The notes beneath the pieces are model-generated. The model was not told the DNA's origin, ran no database searches, and worked only from the letters and a program-made list of their open reading frames with translations. Position numbers and translations under genes: made by a program. Below, piece by piece: positions 10,226 to 22,710 of a stretch of DNA of 64,000 bases; position 1 is the first letter of the stretch, and every line of letters begins with the position of its first letter. The stretch is from Phyllosticta citribraziliensis (taxonomy: Eukaryota): contig NW_027117343.1 in NCBI RefSeq assembly GCF_038025025.1, positions 1,860,001 through 1,924,000 of the forward strand, read 5' to 3'.

Positions 10226-12241
10226 TCACGCCGTATTCCTCCCAATGCCCTCTTTGTACCGCGCCAGCGCCCTCTCCCTGCACGACTTGTGGTCGACCAT
10301 GGGCTCCGGGTACCCGGCCTTCCGCGCCTTTTTGCCCTCGCCTCTGCCGTACGGATCATGAATCGCCTTGCCCTTGACGTCCCTCAGCTCGGGGACCCAC
10401 TTGCGGATGTACTCGCCGTCGGGGTCGAATTTCTCGCTCTGCAGCAGCGGGTTGAAGATGCGGAAGTACGGCTGCGGATCGACGCCCGTCGACGCGCTGA
10501 AGCCCCACCCGCCGTTGTTGGACGCAAAGTCGCCGTCGATGAGGTGCTCCATGAAGTAGCGCTCGCCCATGCGCCAGTCGAGCAGCAGGTCCTTGGCCAG
10601 GAACGACGCCACGATCATCCGGCACCGGTTGTGCATGTACGCCATGTCGTTCATCTGGCGCACCGCGGCGTCGACAATCGGGAAGCCCGTCTGCCCCTCG
10701 CTCCAGCGCTTGAAGTGGTCGTCGTTGTATTCCCACTCCACGTTGGTGTACTCGTATTTGAATGGCTTGAACATGCTGTCGCACTGTCAGATTTGGCGTC
10801 AGAAAAACACTCTGCCAGACACTCACCAGATATACGGCCAATTGGCCAGGACGTGCTTGTAAAAGTCCCGCCATGCCACTTCGCTGATCCAGCACATGAT
10901 GCCCGCGTTTCCGGCGTCCAGCTTGTTTGACCCGTTCTTGTCCCGAGCCATGCGCACGCTCGTTCGCGCAGCCAGAGTCCCAGCAGAATGGTGCACACTG
11001 ACCTTCGCCGTCCCATCCACGGCTGGCAGATTTCGCTTGTCCTTGTATGGCTTAATTCTGGATTCCAGAAACTTGTCCAGACGCGCATGTGCCTCGTGTT
11101 CGCCTGCCGGCCACAGCGACGCAAACTTCTTCTTGTCTTCGGCCGAGAGACGTTTGTTTGGCGGCGCCTCTGGTATGGAGCTGTCAAACAAATACTTGAA
11201 CTTCTTCCGCGCTTCTGGTGGATTTTTTCCTGGAGATTCCCATTCATCGAGGAGGTTGGGGTGCTTGTGGATATGTGCCATCCACGATCGGTACCACGGG
11301 CTGTAGACGGCGTACTGCTTGCCAGCGCCCGTGCTTAACGCTCCAGGCGGCACGACGACATCGTCGTGTACAGCGGAGAAGTTGATACCCTTCTCAAGAC
11401 ACGACTTTGTGAGCTTCGTCTCGCGTCGCAGCTCATCCACCTCATACTCAATGTTGCAAAAGAGGTGCTTCGCGCCCCACTCCTCACACTTGCCCACCAA
11501 CCACGCCGACACATTCTTCCTCTTGTCAACCGTCTCCACCAACAACGGCACATCCAACGCCGCCAAATCGCTCTTCAGCACCTCCAGCGTCCGCAGATCG
11601 AAGTCGACGCGCATGGCCGACGTAAAATGCGCCTGGTAGTCCTGCGGGCTGACCACAAAGACGCACACCAACGGCACCTTGGCGTCCCGCGCCTTCTTCG
11701 CCGCCAAACTCAACCCCTTGTTGTCCTTGGTCCGCAAGTCGCGCTTGAACCAATGCACCACGGCGTCGCCGACGCCTATCTTCTCGCGCGCCTTCTGCGT
11801 CGCCGCGATCGTCTTCTCCAGCTCCTCGATCGGCCGCGGGATTTCGTTGTTGTTGTACTGCGCGCACCGCTCGTTGCTCATCTCGGCCGGGTAGAACTCG
11901 CGCTGCACGATGCCGACGCGCTCCTCGGCGCGCGCGTGGTCAGAGGTGGCCGGTGACGGCTCTTTCTTTACGCCATTGGCGCTGCCGCTCGACGGCTCCG
12001 TCTTGATGGCCTTGCGGGGCGTCGACGCGGCGGAGCGTTTATTAGATGCGGAGCCCGCCGAGTCGGCGTACCCGGACGACGCGGGCGCTTTGCGTTTGTC
12101 GGGCATGGCGAGTGGTGTAGCACAGCTAAATTGTCTGGCGGAGATGGATGAGCAGAGAGCTGGACTGCAGCGAGCTGTCCTCGTCGTTACTGGAACCAAA
12201 AAAGATCGAGTCAAGGGCGAGAGGTGGTGGAAGACGCGCAT
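10226..12241 (-). CDS. phr1: Class I CPD DNA photolyase; exons 12241-10827 and 10775-10226
   Basis: HWFKRDLR, WISEVAWRDFY, GQTGFPIVDAA, YMHNRCRMIVASFLAKDLL, DGDFASNNGGW, YFRIFNP. A 51-bp GT-AG intron at 10826-10776 joins WPYIC-MFKPF. Confidence 0.96.
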
Positions 12242-12376
12242 GAGGAGACGACGCGTTTGTGAGGAGAGGAAGAGACGATGTTGTGCACAAGGGTTTCAGC
12301 TTTTGATGAAGCTCCGCTGAGGGCTCCATCGTCATGCCAGGAACAAAGGCGCGCATGGTGGCTTCTACCCCTGTTG

Positions 12377-12425
12377 GATCTGATCTGTAACGCGCGACAT
12401 CGATCTGCGGGCGAGATCGAGCGGT
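12377..12425. promoter_or_regulatory. Cluster of GATC/GATCGA repeats upstream of photolyase, candidate light-response (White Collar complex) element
   Basis: GGATCTGATCT...CATCGATCT...AGATCGAG lies 135-185 bp upstream of the photolyase ATG. Repeated GATC/GATCGA motifs are the known WCC binding element in Neurospora; the assignment here is inference. Confidence 0.35.
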
Positions 12426-12428
12426 GGA

Positions 12429-15318
12429 TGAATCGCGTAATCCGCCCCACTGCACGTGCTCAATACCAAGTGGATACTGCAAACTCTGAGTATTTAGTAA
12501 TCATAAGGTAATAAATAAACAGATAAACTAGCTTTATAATCACCTAATTCACTCCTATATAAATAGCTAAGATAGTAGATAGTTAAATAGATAAGATAAT
12601 ATCTTCCCCTTATTATATAATTAATTATATATATAGACGCCCTACTAAATCTATAATTATTATAAGCCTAGAATTACTAAAATATACTAAATAGATAAAT
12701 TAGAACCTCTTAGAAGGCCCCTCTCCTTTAGTATATATTTAGTACTATACCTAATTAGAAAAATTCTATAGAATCTTTAGAGTTTTAAACCTAGACCCTA
12801 GTTCTATAAAAACTAAGATCTTTCCTATTAAGGTAATTTTAAGAACTCTCTTAGTATTTTCTATATAATATAGAGAGAACTCTTAGAACTTACTTTAAAA
12901 ATAACTATACTACTAAAAGTTATCCTTAACTCTACTAAAGATTAGGATAAATAGCTTAATTAGACTATTACTCTTCTTAATTAGTATAAACTTATTTAGT
13001 ATATATACCTCTATATAATAGGTAAAGCTTACCCTAAGCCTAAGAAACTAGTCTATACTAGTCTTAATCTTACTAAACCTAAGGGTATAGCTAAATAAAA
13101 GATATATATAGCTATAATTCTAATCTATAAGGATTTTACTATAAAGAAGCTTACTATTATTAATAGAATTATAGATATATACTCTTATATTACTAGATAA
13201 TAAGCCTATAGAAAGGAAACCCTTAAAGCTAAACTCTAAGCTCTTAAAGCTTACTTTACCCTAACTAGTAACTATAGGGAAATAAGTCTCCTAAAGGAGC
13301 TTTATAAGCTTTAAAAAGGTTCTAGGACTTAGGACCCTATTAATTAGGTAAGTAAGTAGAAGTATCTTTAAGAATAAATAGTAGATATAAAGCTCCTAGA
13401 GAAGGATAGAATAATAGACTACTTTATCTAAGCTATTTATAATACTAGAGAGTAAGAAGTAGCTAGCTCTCTTTAAATAAGAAAGGATCTTATCTCTAAC
13501 TTTAATCTTCCTAAGGTAATTAATATCTACTTATTATATAAAAGGGACTTTATCTCTACTAATACTTACTCTAATAATATAGCTATTCTCTAAGAAGTTT
13601 CTAGCTAAAATAAAGACTCCTCTAAGCTAATAAATATAGACTCTATAAGGCTAACTAAACCTAAGAAGCCCTATAGGGACCTAATAGATAAATCTAAGAA
13701 GAAATAGTATCTAATACGCGCCTCCTATAATATTATTAACCTATATAAATATAAACCTATAGTAGAGCATACTAAGGAGGAGAAGAACTAACTAGCCTAC
13801 TATATTAATAAAGTTAAGACTAAATAGATAGACTATATATCTAAAAGGTTTAAAGACTAAGAGGTACTTAAGCTTATTAAGACTCCTATAACCTCTATAC
13901 TATATAAAGAAAACGCGTATATTACTTAAAGCTACTTAGTTTAAATAGACCTAGATAAGGGATAGATCTTAGATATAGGCTTAGACCTATATATTATTAA
14001 CTATTACTCCTAGATAAACTTCTAACTAATAAAGCTCCTATCCTATAAGGATGTTAATATAGAGAGTAGAACTATTAGTATTATAGCCTATAGATATATT
14101 AAACTCTATCTATAAGATATAAATAGCCTCCCCTAGAACCTAATCCTTTATAATATTACTTATATCCTAGACTTTTATATTAATATTATCTCTAAAGGAC
14201 GCCTTAAAAGGGTAGGGTTTATCTAGGACTCTAAAGAGGATATAATCTTTTAAAATAATAAAGTACTACTATATCTTATATATTCTAGAGGCTATATTCT
14301 ATACTTCTAAGTAGATACTCCTACTTAGCTACTTCTATAAATCCTTTATTAGCTAGCTAATAAGTAAGGAAAACCTCTTCTAGTAGACTTAGTTCTATAA
14401 CTCTAGAAGTAATAAGCCTTTACTTTAATTATAAAGGATCTTAAAATAATAACTCTCTAAGATTAATACTAGCCTTAAGTTTATATAGATAAAACTATAC
14501 CCTTTATATTAGTAATAGCTTAAAATAGTAATAATTAGACTTATACTCTTCCCTTATAAGCCTAGTATATACTCCTTAGCTATATTAGCTAAGAGTAAAT
14601 TAGTTAGCTTAAGGATAATATTAAAGGTATTTCTCTTATAACTCTCTTAGATAATATTCTAAGGATATATAAGTATAAGACCTATATAAGATCTAAGAGT
14701 ATAATTACTAATAATAAATATATAATAGCTTATCTTCCTACTCCTTAAGAAGAGATTATAGTAGATATAATATACTTTACCCTAGCCTATAATAGAGACC
14801 TCTTCTTATTCTATACCTATAACCTAGATACTAGCACCTACTTTACTACCTCTTATCTAGCTAATAATAGCTAGTACTAGCTTAAAATCTAGGATAAGCT
14901 AGTATCCTTTATCTATACTCTAAGTAGAAATATTTATATTTAGTATATAGATAATAAACCTAAGGTAGGCCTTATATTTAACTTAATACTCCTTTAAAAT
15001 AGTACTTAGATTAAATAAATAGTACTATACACCTTAGTTTAAGACCTAGCTAAACGCGCTAGAGGGGTGATTATTTAGATAGTATACTTAATAAGGCTTT
15101 ATACTAGTCTTCTAGAGGACCTCTAGCTAGAAATTTATATAGCTACTATATATCTTATTAACTATACTCTAATATAGCGCCTTTACTAGAAGACTCTATT
15201 TAAGATAGCTACTAGTTATAAACTAAACCTTACTTATATTTACTTATACAGCTATAAGGCCTATATTTATAAAATAGGTAAAAGTAAACTATATAAAATC
15301 TATAAACTAGAGCTAAGA
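12429..15318 (+). mobile_element. Ty1/Copia retrotransposon relic: 5' LTR (12429-12659) plus gag, protease and integrase; interrupted at 15318
   Basis: LTR begins TGAATCGCG and is directly repeated at 44242-44472. TTATAAGCC (PBS-like) follows the LTR. De-RIPed WILDTGSDLH protease motif at 13963, followed by integrase (~14750-15300), i.e. Copia domain order. Confidence 0.8.
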
Positions 15319-18300
15319 TATTAGGCCTATACCTATATAAGGTTTAGTCTACTAGAATCCTACCTAGTAAAAAGTAAGTATATAACTATATACTTACTTA
15401 GTAGGCTAAATAATTAGCCTACTATAACTACTTCTCTATCTTCTCTCTTACTCTACTTCTCCTTTTCTCCTTACCTTAGACTTTTAGTTAGCTAAATATA
15501 GTATTTACCTCTTTAAGCCTTATATAAGTCTAAGGTCTCTTTAACTTTACCTAATAACCTTACTACTATATTTAAAGTAGCCCCTACTTCCTATTTTAGA
15601 AAACTACCCTACTAATTAGTATCTAGAATACTATATTTTTTAAAGCCTCTAGCTCCTATCCTTATTACTCTATAGAGTACTTATACTATACCCCTATTAT
15701 ATACTCTTAATTAGTTTTATCCTAGGCTTCCTCTACTACTAATACTTTAGTAGACCCTACTTAAAATACTTTAAATAAACTAGCCCCCCTAACCTCTAAT
15801 ATACTTAAGCTTAATATTAATAAAGCTAAGGTAGTAGCCTCTAACTACCTACTCTTTACTAATAAATAAGGACCTTAACTAGATAAGGGTAAAGGCCCTT
15901 TTACTATATAACTAGATATAAACCTAGTTAATATCCTACTCCCTAGTTTAGAACCTATTAGTATTAATAATAATAGTAACTCCTTATTTAATTATACTAC
16001 TATATCTATTTTTTATCCTAGCTTAAACCTTACTAGCCTCTCTATCTATAATAGAGGAGTCTACTATTTATTCCCCTTAAAGTAGGAGTCTCTTTATACC
16101 TTTAAGAATTTTATCTCTAAAACTCTAAATACTACCTCCTCCCTATTCTTATTTCTCTAGAACCTTATTACTAACTACTATTAGATACTCTACTATACCT
16201 CCTCCTCTAGAACCTCTTTAGCTACTATTAAAGAAATAGTAACTTTTAAATAACTCTAGGCCTCCTATAATAGTATAAAGAATATTCTTAATAAGCTTAG
16301 AAAAAAGAACTTTAGTCTTAGCTATACTATTAATAGACTCTATACTAGGATAGGAAGAAGGAATACTACTATACTAGCCTAAAAAGTAGATTACTAAGCT
16401 CTCTTTAAAGAGATCTAAATACTAGAAATAGAGGTTACCTCCTTATAGAACTAGCTTATTAATAAAGTTACTAATATTCCCTATATTAAAGTTATTAGTA
16501 ATAATAAAGACCTTTCTCCTAGCTATTTAACCTAAGTACCTTACTTTACTACTTTTTAAGAACCTATAAACTAAGCCCCTACTAGTTAAGTAACTACTAC
16601 CTATATTCTAAACTAGGACTATAAAGAAACCTCTTTTCTCTATAAGGACTCTACTACTACCTAGATTATCCTACTAAAGTCCTTCTAGAAATCTAGTATA
16701 AACCTATTAGAGAAGTTTAATAGTACTAACCCTAATAAGTATATCTAATAGTACTTTATTATTAAAATAAAACTAGAAGTAGATACCCCCCTCTACTCTA
16801 TAGAGAAGAGAAGGATACTTTATATCCTCTACTTCCTTAATAACCCCCTCTTTACCTCTATATAAGAATAGTTCTCTTATTATAATTATAAGGGCTACCT
16901 TATTTCCCTCCCTAACTTCTTTTATAAAATTAAATACTAGTTAGGTACCTCTAACCTAGTTAAGAGAGCCTATATAGAACTCTACTCTATCTACTAGAGA
17001 GGAGATAAAAATACCTCCTAGTTTTATATAAGGCTTCTTACCCTTTAGTTCTAAGCTAGGTATATAGAGAATAAATATCTCTAAAGTTTTATCTATTCTC
17101 TCTATCCCTCTCTCTCTTACTATATCCTCTATCTAATCTTTACCTAGACTTTTAATACCCTTAAGATCCTCTAAAATATTAAAAGGAATATACTTAGTAT
17201 TAATATCTACTAATCTTACTCCTAGTCCTTATACTAGTAAAGCTAGCTAGCTAGAAATAACCCCTCTTATCCTATAACTTACTCCTTAGTCCTAATTACT
17301 AGTAGCCCCTCTAGCCCTAAATAGAGGCCTACTACTATAAAACCTCTAGATTAGACTAGAGTCTAGTATAAGCCTAAGCTATTCCCTAGGAAGCTTAATC
17401 TAACTAGCTATATAAAGCTTACTACTTAAGACTACTACTTCTACTACTAGGGCTCTAGATACTATACTAGTAATCCTATTTACCTTACCTAAGACCCTAA
17501 CCCTTACCCTACTTATCTAAATCTTATAGATATTAGCTCTTCTAATAATTCCTCTACTAATAAGGAGATTACTACTAACCCTAAATTAAAAGATTAAACC
17601 TAAAGGATAGTTACCTTCTAGGTTCTTAGCTAGTATAGCTTATATCTCTCTATTCCTTCTTTACTAAATAAGATTTAACTTATAGATTACTATCTTATAA
17701 GATTTTAATACTAGATATTACCTAACTCTAAATTAGAGGCTACCTAGTCTTTTACTCCTTAATAGATAGTTCCCCTATAAAGATCCTACTTAATAGTAGT
17801 ACTAAAGTAAATATAATTAATAAAAGTTATATATATAAATATTATATTAATACTTTTCTACTCTAGTTACTTATAAAGCTCCTTAATACTAATAGGTTAA
17901 TTAACTCTATCCTTAAATATATTATACTAGTAAACCTAGCCCTTAGTAATTATATTAGCTAGGTCTTCTATTATATTATAACTATCCTATATATTCCCCT
18001 TATTATTAGGGACCCTTAGCTCTCTAAATATAATACTACTACTAATTATAAATAGTACTCTATTACCCTCTCCTCTAAGGATTATATCTATACTAGTTAC
18101 CTTACTAAAGGAAAACTAGTCTAAGTCTTTACTATAGATACTCTTCTATTATAGGAGGATAAGGAGTAGTCTACTTTTAATATAAAGTTTATTAGTACTA
18201 CCTTCTTCTACTAACTTATCTATAAATATAACTATAACTCTAGTATCTTCTTCCCTACTAACTCTATTATCTAACTCTACTCTACTATAACTAATACTAT

Positions 18301-21300
18301 TACTCTAGAAGACTTTAAGAAGTTTAAGAAAGAGAAACCTAAACTCTTACTCCTTAAACTAAAGTCTTAAGTCCCTAGCTACTTCTATAACCTTATCTCT
18401 ATCTTTAACTAGGAGTAGGCTAAATCTCTCCCTAGCTATTTATCTAAAGACTATAAGATTATCCTAGAAGCTAGAAAGGATCCCCTCTTTACTTATAGTT
18501 ATAGGCCCCTTAACCCTTAGGAGATAGAAGTAGTCTACTATTATATTAATAACCTTATTTATAAAGGGTATATCTAATCTAGTACCTCTCTAGCTATAGC
18601 CCTAGTACTTATTATTTAGAAGCCTAGTAGAGGCCTCTATATTTATATTAACTATAGGGGCCTTAATAAGATTACTATTAAGAACTAGTACCTAATCCCT
18701 AATATAAATAAAACTCTCTAGTATCTCTAAGGCTATAAGTACTTTATAAAACTTAATATTATTACTATATTTAATTATATCTAGATTACTATAGGAGATA
18801 AGTAGAAGATAGCCTTTACTACTTATTATAAATAGTTTAAATACCTTATTATACCCTTTAGACTATATAATACCCCTAGAACCTTTTAAAGCTATATTAA
18901 TAACTCTTTTAAAGACTACCTTAACCTTTAGGCTATAGCCTATCTTAATAATATTCTTATCTTTAGTAAGATACTAGAAGAGTATAGAGAATATATCTAG
19001 AAAGTTATTATTTACCTCCTTAATAGGAAACTCTTTATTAATATCTATAAGTATAAGTTCTATATAAAAGAAGTTAAATATCTTAGCCTTCTTATTAATA
19101 CTAATAGTATCTATATAGACCCTAAGAAGATAAAGGTAATACTAGACTAGTAGATCCTAAAGTTTATTAAGGATATTTAAGCTTTTCTTAGCTTTACTAA
19201 CTTCTACTATTACTTTATTAAGGACTTCTCCTTACTTACCTACCCTCTTATAGAACTTATAAAGAGAGAGCTAAAGACTACTCCTTTAAGAAAGAAGTAC
19301 TATATCTATACTACCCTAGACTAGACCCCTAAGTATAAATATACCTTCTAGGCCCTTAAGACTATATTTACCTCTACCCTAATTCTTATCTACTTTAACC
19401 CTAAGTAGGAAACCTAGATTAAAATAAATACCTCTAACTTTATTACTACTAGTATACTATTATAGGTTATTAATAGGTAGCTCTACCTAGTAGCCTTCTT
19501 CTCTAAGAAGATATCCCTTATAAAGTATAACTATAAGATCTATAATAAGGAGCTCCTTACTATTATTAAAGTACTAGAGGCCTAGTATCTTAAAGTAGTT
19601 AGTATAGAACCTAATAACCTAGTAAAGATCTTCTCTAATTATAAGAACCTAGAGTAGTTTATAATAACTAAGAACCTTAACTACTAGTAAGCCTATTAGG
19701 CTAAGTTCCTATCTAAATTTAACTTTAAGATTATATACTATCTAGGTAAGTAAGGTAAGAAGCCTAACTCTCTTATAAGATATTTCTAGGACCTTTTCTA
19801 GGATAATTTAGATACCTATTAGTTATACTAATACTAGATAGTCCTAAAATAATATTATCTTAATCTAGCTTTACTACCTACTATCTCCTACCTCTCTATA
19901 ATATCTTATACTATAAGCTATACTACTCCTACCTCTTCTAGCTAGAGCTCTCTAGCTATACCCCCTACTCTACTAGAGGAGGGCTATAGGGTACCTAGTA
20001 CTACCTACCTATAAGAACTTATTACTAAGGCCTATAAGACTAATAAGGATATATAGTACCTTATTATAGCTATATAGAACTAGGACCTAAAAATCCCTAT
20101 ACTCCTTATTAAGAAGGGTTACTATCTCTATATAGGATACTTAAAAATAGAGAATAACTAACTATTTATAAAAAACTAGCTCTTTATCCCTAATAATATA
20201 GAGCTCTATTTAAGGGTTATATAAGCTTATTATCTTCTACTATACCTTAGCCACTTTAGCTATAAGTTAATAAGTAAACTTATTAGCTATTCTTACTACT
20301 AGCCTAACTTAAAGAATAACTACTTAACCTTTACTTATACCTATACCTATTACTACTATTCCTCTATTAATAACTAGAAGAAGTAGGGGTTCCTTTAACT
20401 ACTTAACCTACTAGTCTACTACTAGACTAGTATTAGCTTTAACTTTATTAAGTACCTTTCTAATTCCTACTTCTATAACTAAGACTACTCCTATATCCTT
20501 ATTATAGTTAACTATCTTATAAAGGCTATTATCCTAGAAGGGTTACTAGATAATAGTATTAATTCTCTATATAAAGTAATTACCTAGTACCTCTTCTATA
20601 TATATAGTTTTTATAAGGAGTTTATTAATAACTATAGAAGTACTATATTAGCCTAGGTCTAGAGGTATATCTATAACTACTATAGTATTAAGATTAAGTA
20701 CTCCTCTACCTAATACCCTAAGACTAATAGCTAGACTAAGGTAACTAATAAGTCTATTAAAAATATCCTCTATACCTTTATTAACTACTATTAAAATAAT
20801 TAGATATTCTAGCTTCCCTATATAGAGTTTATACTTAATAATTATATTAACTCTTCTATTAGTATATCACTATTCTTTACTAACTATAGCTATAACCTAT
20901 AGATTAGTATTAAGCTACTACTACTAAATATTAACTAAGACCCTAGAGTTAATTATATTAACTATATTATTACCTAGACCTAAGCTATTAACTAGTAGCT
21001 TAGGATACTTATCTATACTACTTAAGAAGACTAAGCCCTCTATATTAATAAGTACTATACTCTATACCTAAACTATAAGGTTAGGGACCTTATCTATATA
21101 GATATAAGGGACTTCTCTATAATATAGCCTAGTAAGAGCTTAGATTAGAAATAGTATAGCCCTTAGCTAATTAAGTATATTATTAATTATAAGGCTTATA
21201 AACTTACTATCCTAAAGGATAAGCTTACTAAGGGCCTTACTCTAATCTTCTACTTCTAGAAACTCTATCTTATCCTAGCCCCTTTTCTTAATTAGATCTA

Positions 21301-21851
21301 GGAGCTAGCTAGCCCTAATATCCTTATCTATAATAGCCCTAAGGATAGCCCTTATAGTAAGTAGGAGGTTACTAAAGTTATTAACTTCTATAAAATAAAG
21401 TATTTTAGTATCTAGTATAAGGCCACCTTTATTAGTAATTAGGATAACTAGAATACTAACCCCTAATAGCTCCTTTAGACTAACTTTATCTATATAAAGA
21501 ATCTTATCCTAGAATACTACTACCTTAACCTAAATAAGCTACTACCTCTAGATAACTTAGTTAATTAGATAGATTTAGGGGATAAACTATCTAGTACTAC
21601 TACTTCTCTAGCTTAAGGGACTTTACCTAGTAGAGGGAGGGGTAGTATTAGGCCTATACCTATATAAGATTTAGTCTACTAGAATCCTACCTAGTAAAAA
21701 GTAAGTATATAACTATATACTTACTTAGTAGGCTAAATAATTAGCCTATTATAACTACTTCTCTACTCTCTCTCTTACTCTACTTCTCCTTTTCTCCTTA
21801 CCTTAGACTTTTAGTTAGCTAAATATAGTATTTGCCTCTTTAAGCCTTATA
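15319..21851 (+). mobile_element. Ty3/Gypsy chromovirus 'A' (RIPed, LTR-bounded); LTRs 15319-15524 and 21646-21851
   Basis: Near-identical 206-bp direct repeats; PPT AGAGGGAGGGGTAG. De-RIPed YLDDILIFS RT motif at 18941, then RNase H, integrase and a chromodomain-like EWEV... at ~21360. No matching target-site duplication seen. Confidence 0.88.
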
Positions 21852-22441
21852 CTAGTAGTGCTAGGAATAACTAGAGGGCTAGATAATAGACTAGTAGCTA
21901 AAGACTACTAGCTAGCTGCTAGTAAGGTTTAGGGAGTAGCTAATAGTACTATACTACTAGTAGAGGTCTAGCTACTCTTAGCTATTATATAGCTTACTAA
22001 CCGCGTGATATAATAAGATAAACTATCTCTATTACCTTTAGAACTATCTAGGCCTAAAATCTTACTTATATATCTTACTAGAGGCTATAGACTATAAACT
22101 TAATAATACCTAGAGCTTCTAGTATATCTATTAATATAGTATTTTATCCTAATACCTTATAGGGCGGGATAAGAGGAGAGAACTTATTAGTAAGGAGTAG
22201 ATAGAAAATTAATACCCTCTATAAGTAAAGTTAACCTATTAATAGTATTATAGCGCCTAGTAGAGCGAATTAATATAGACTACTAATAATTAATAGGTAA
22301 GGAGTAAGAGTAGTTACTATAAAGCCTATATAGGAAGACTATCTACTCCTTATAGCTAATACTAACTATATATAGCTAGTATATAGGAGAAAGGTATTAC
22401 TAAAACCTAGAAATACTAGAGGCGCACTAGTACGCGTAATA
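21852..22441 (-). mobile_element. Truncated 5' end (LTR 22246-22441 plus leader) of a Gypsy related to family D, inverted
   Basis: 22246-22441 is a diverged reverse complement of LTR 29473-29671; the adjacent leader resembles 29672 onward. Confidence 0.65.
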
Positions 22442-22710
22442 TTATAGAGTTCTTATTATATAGGTAAGGGCTAAAGGTGAACTACTAGAGAATATATATA
22501 TATCTTAATTAAATATAATAAGTTAAAAGAATATAATATAAAAGATACTTACTATCTATCTATTTCCTAGCCTTCCCTTTATACTATTCTACCTCTTATT
22601 CTTTATATAAGGGTCCTTAGTTATTATTAGGTAAGTTATAAAGGTAAGGTATTAATAGGCTATTATACTATATCTACCTAGGGCTATAGTAGCTAGTATT
22701 AGCCTAAGTT
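22442..22710 (-). mobile_element. Partial inverted LTR of Gypsy family C
   Basis: Matches 26957-27225 and the reverse complement of part of LTR 32483-32905. Confidence 0.8.

Noticed and set aside
6388..12320. Long antisense/alternate-frame ORFs over the hypothetical gene, malic enzyme and photolyase
   Set aside because: Shadow ORFs caused by high GC3 of the real genes.
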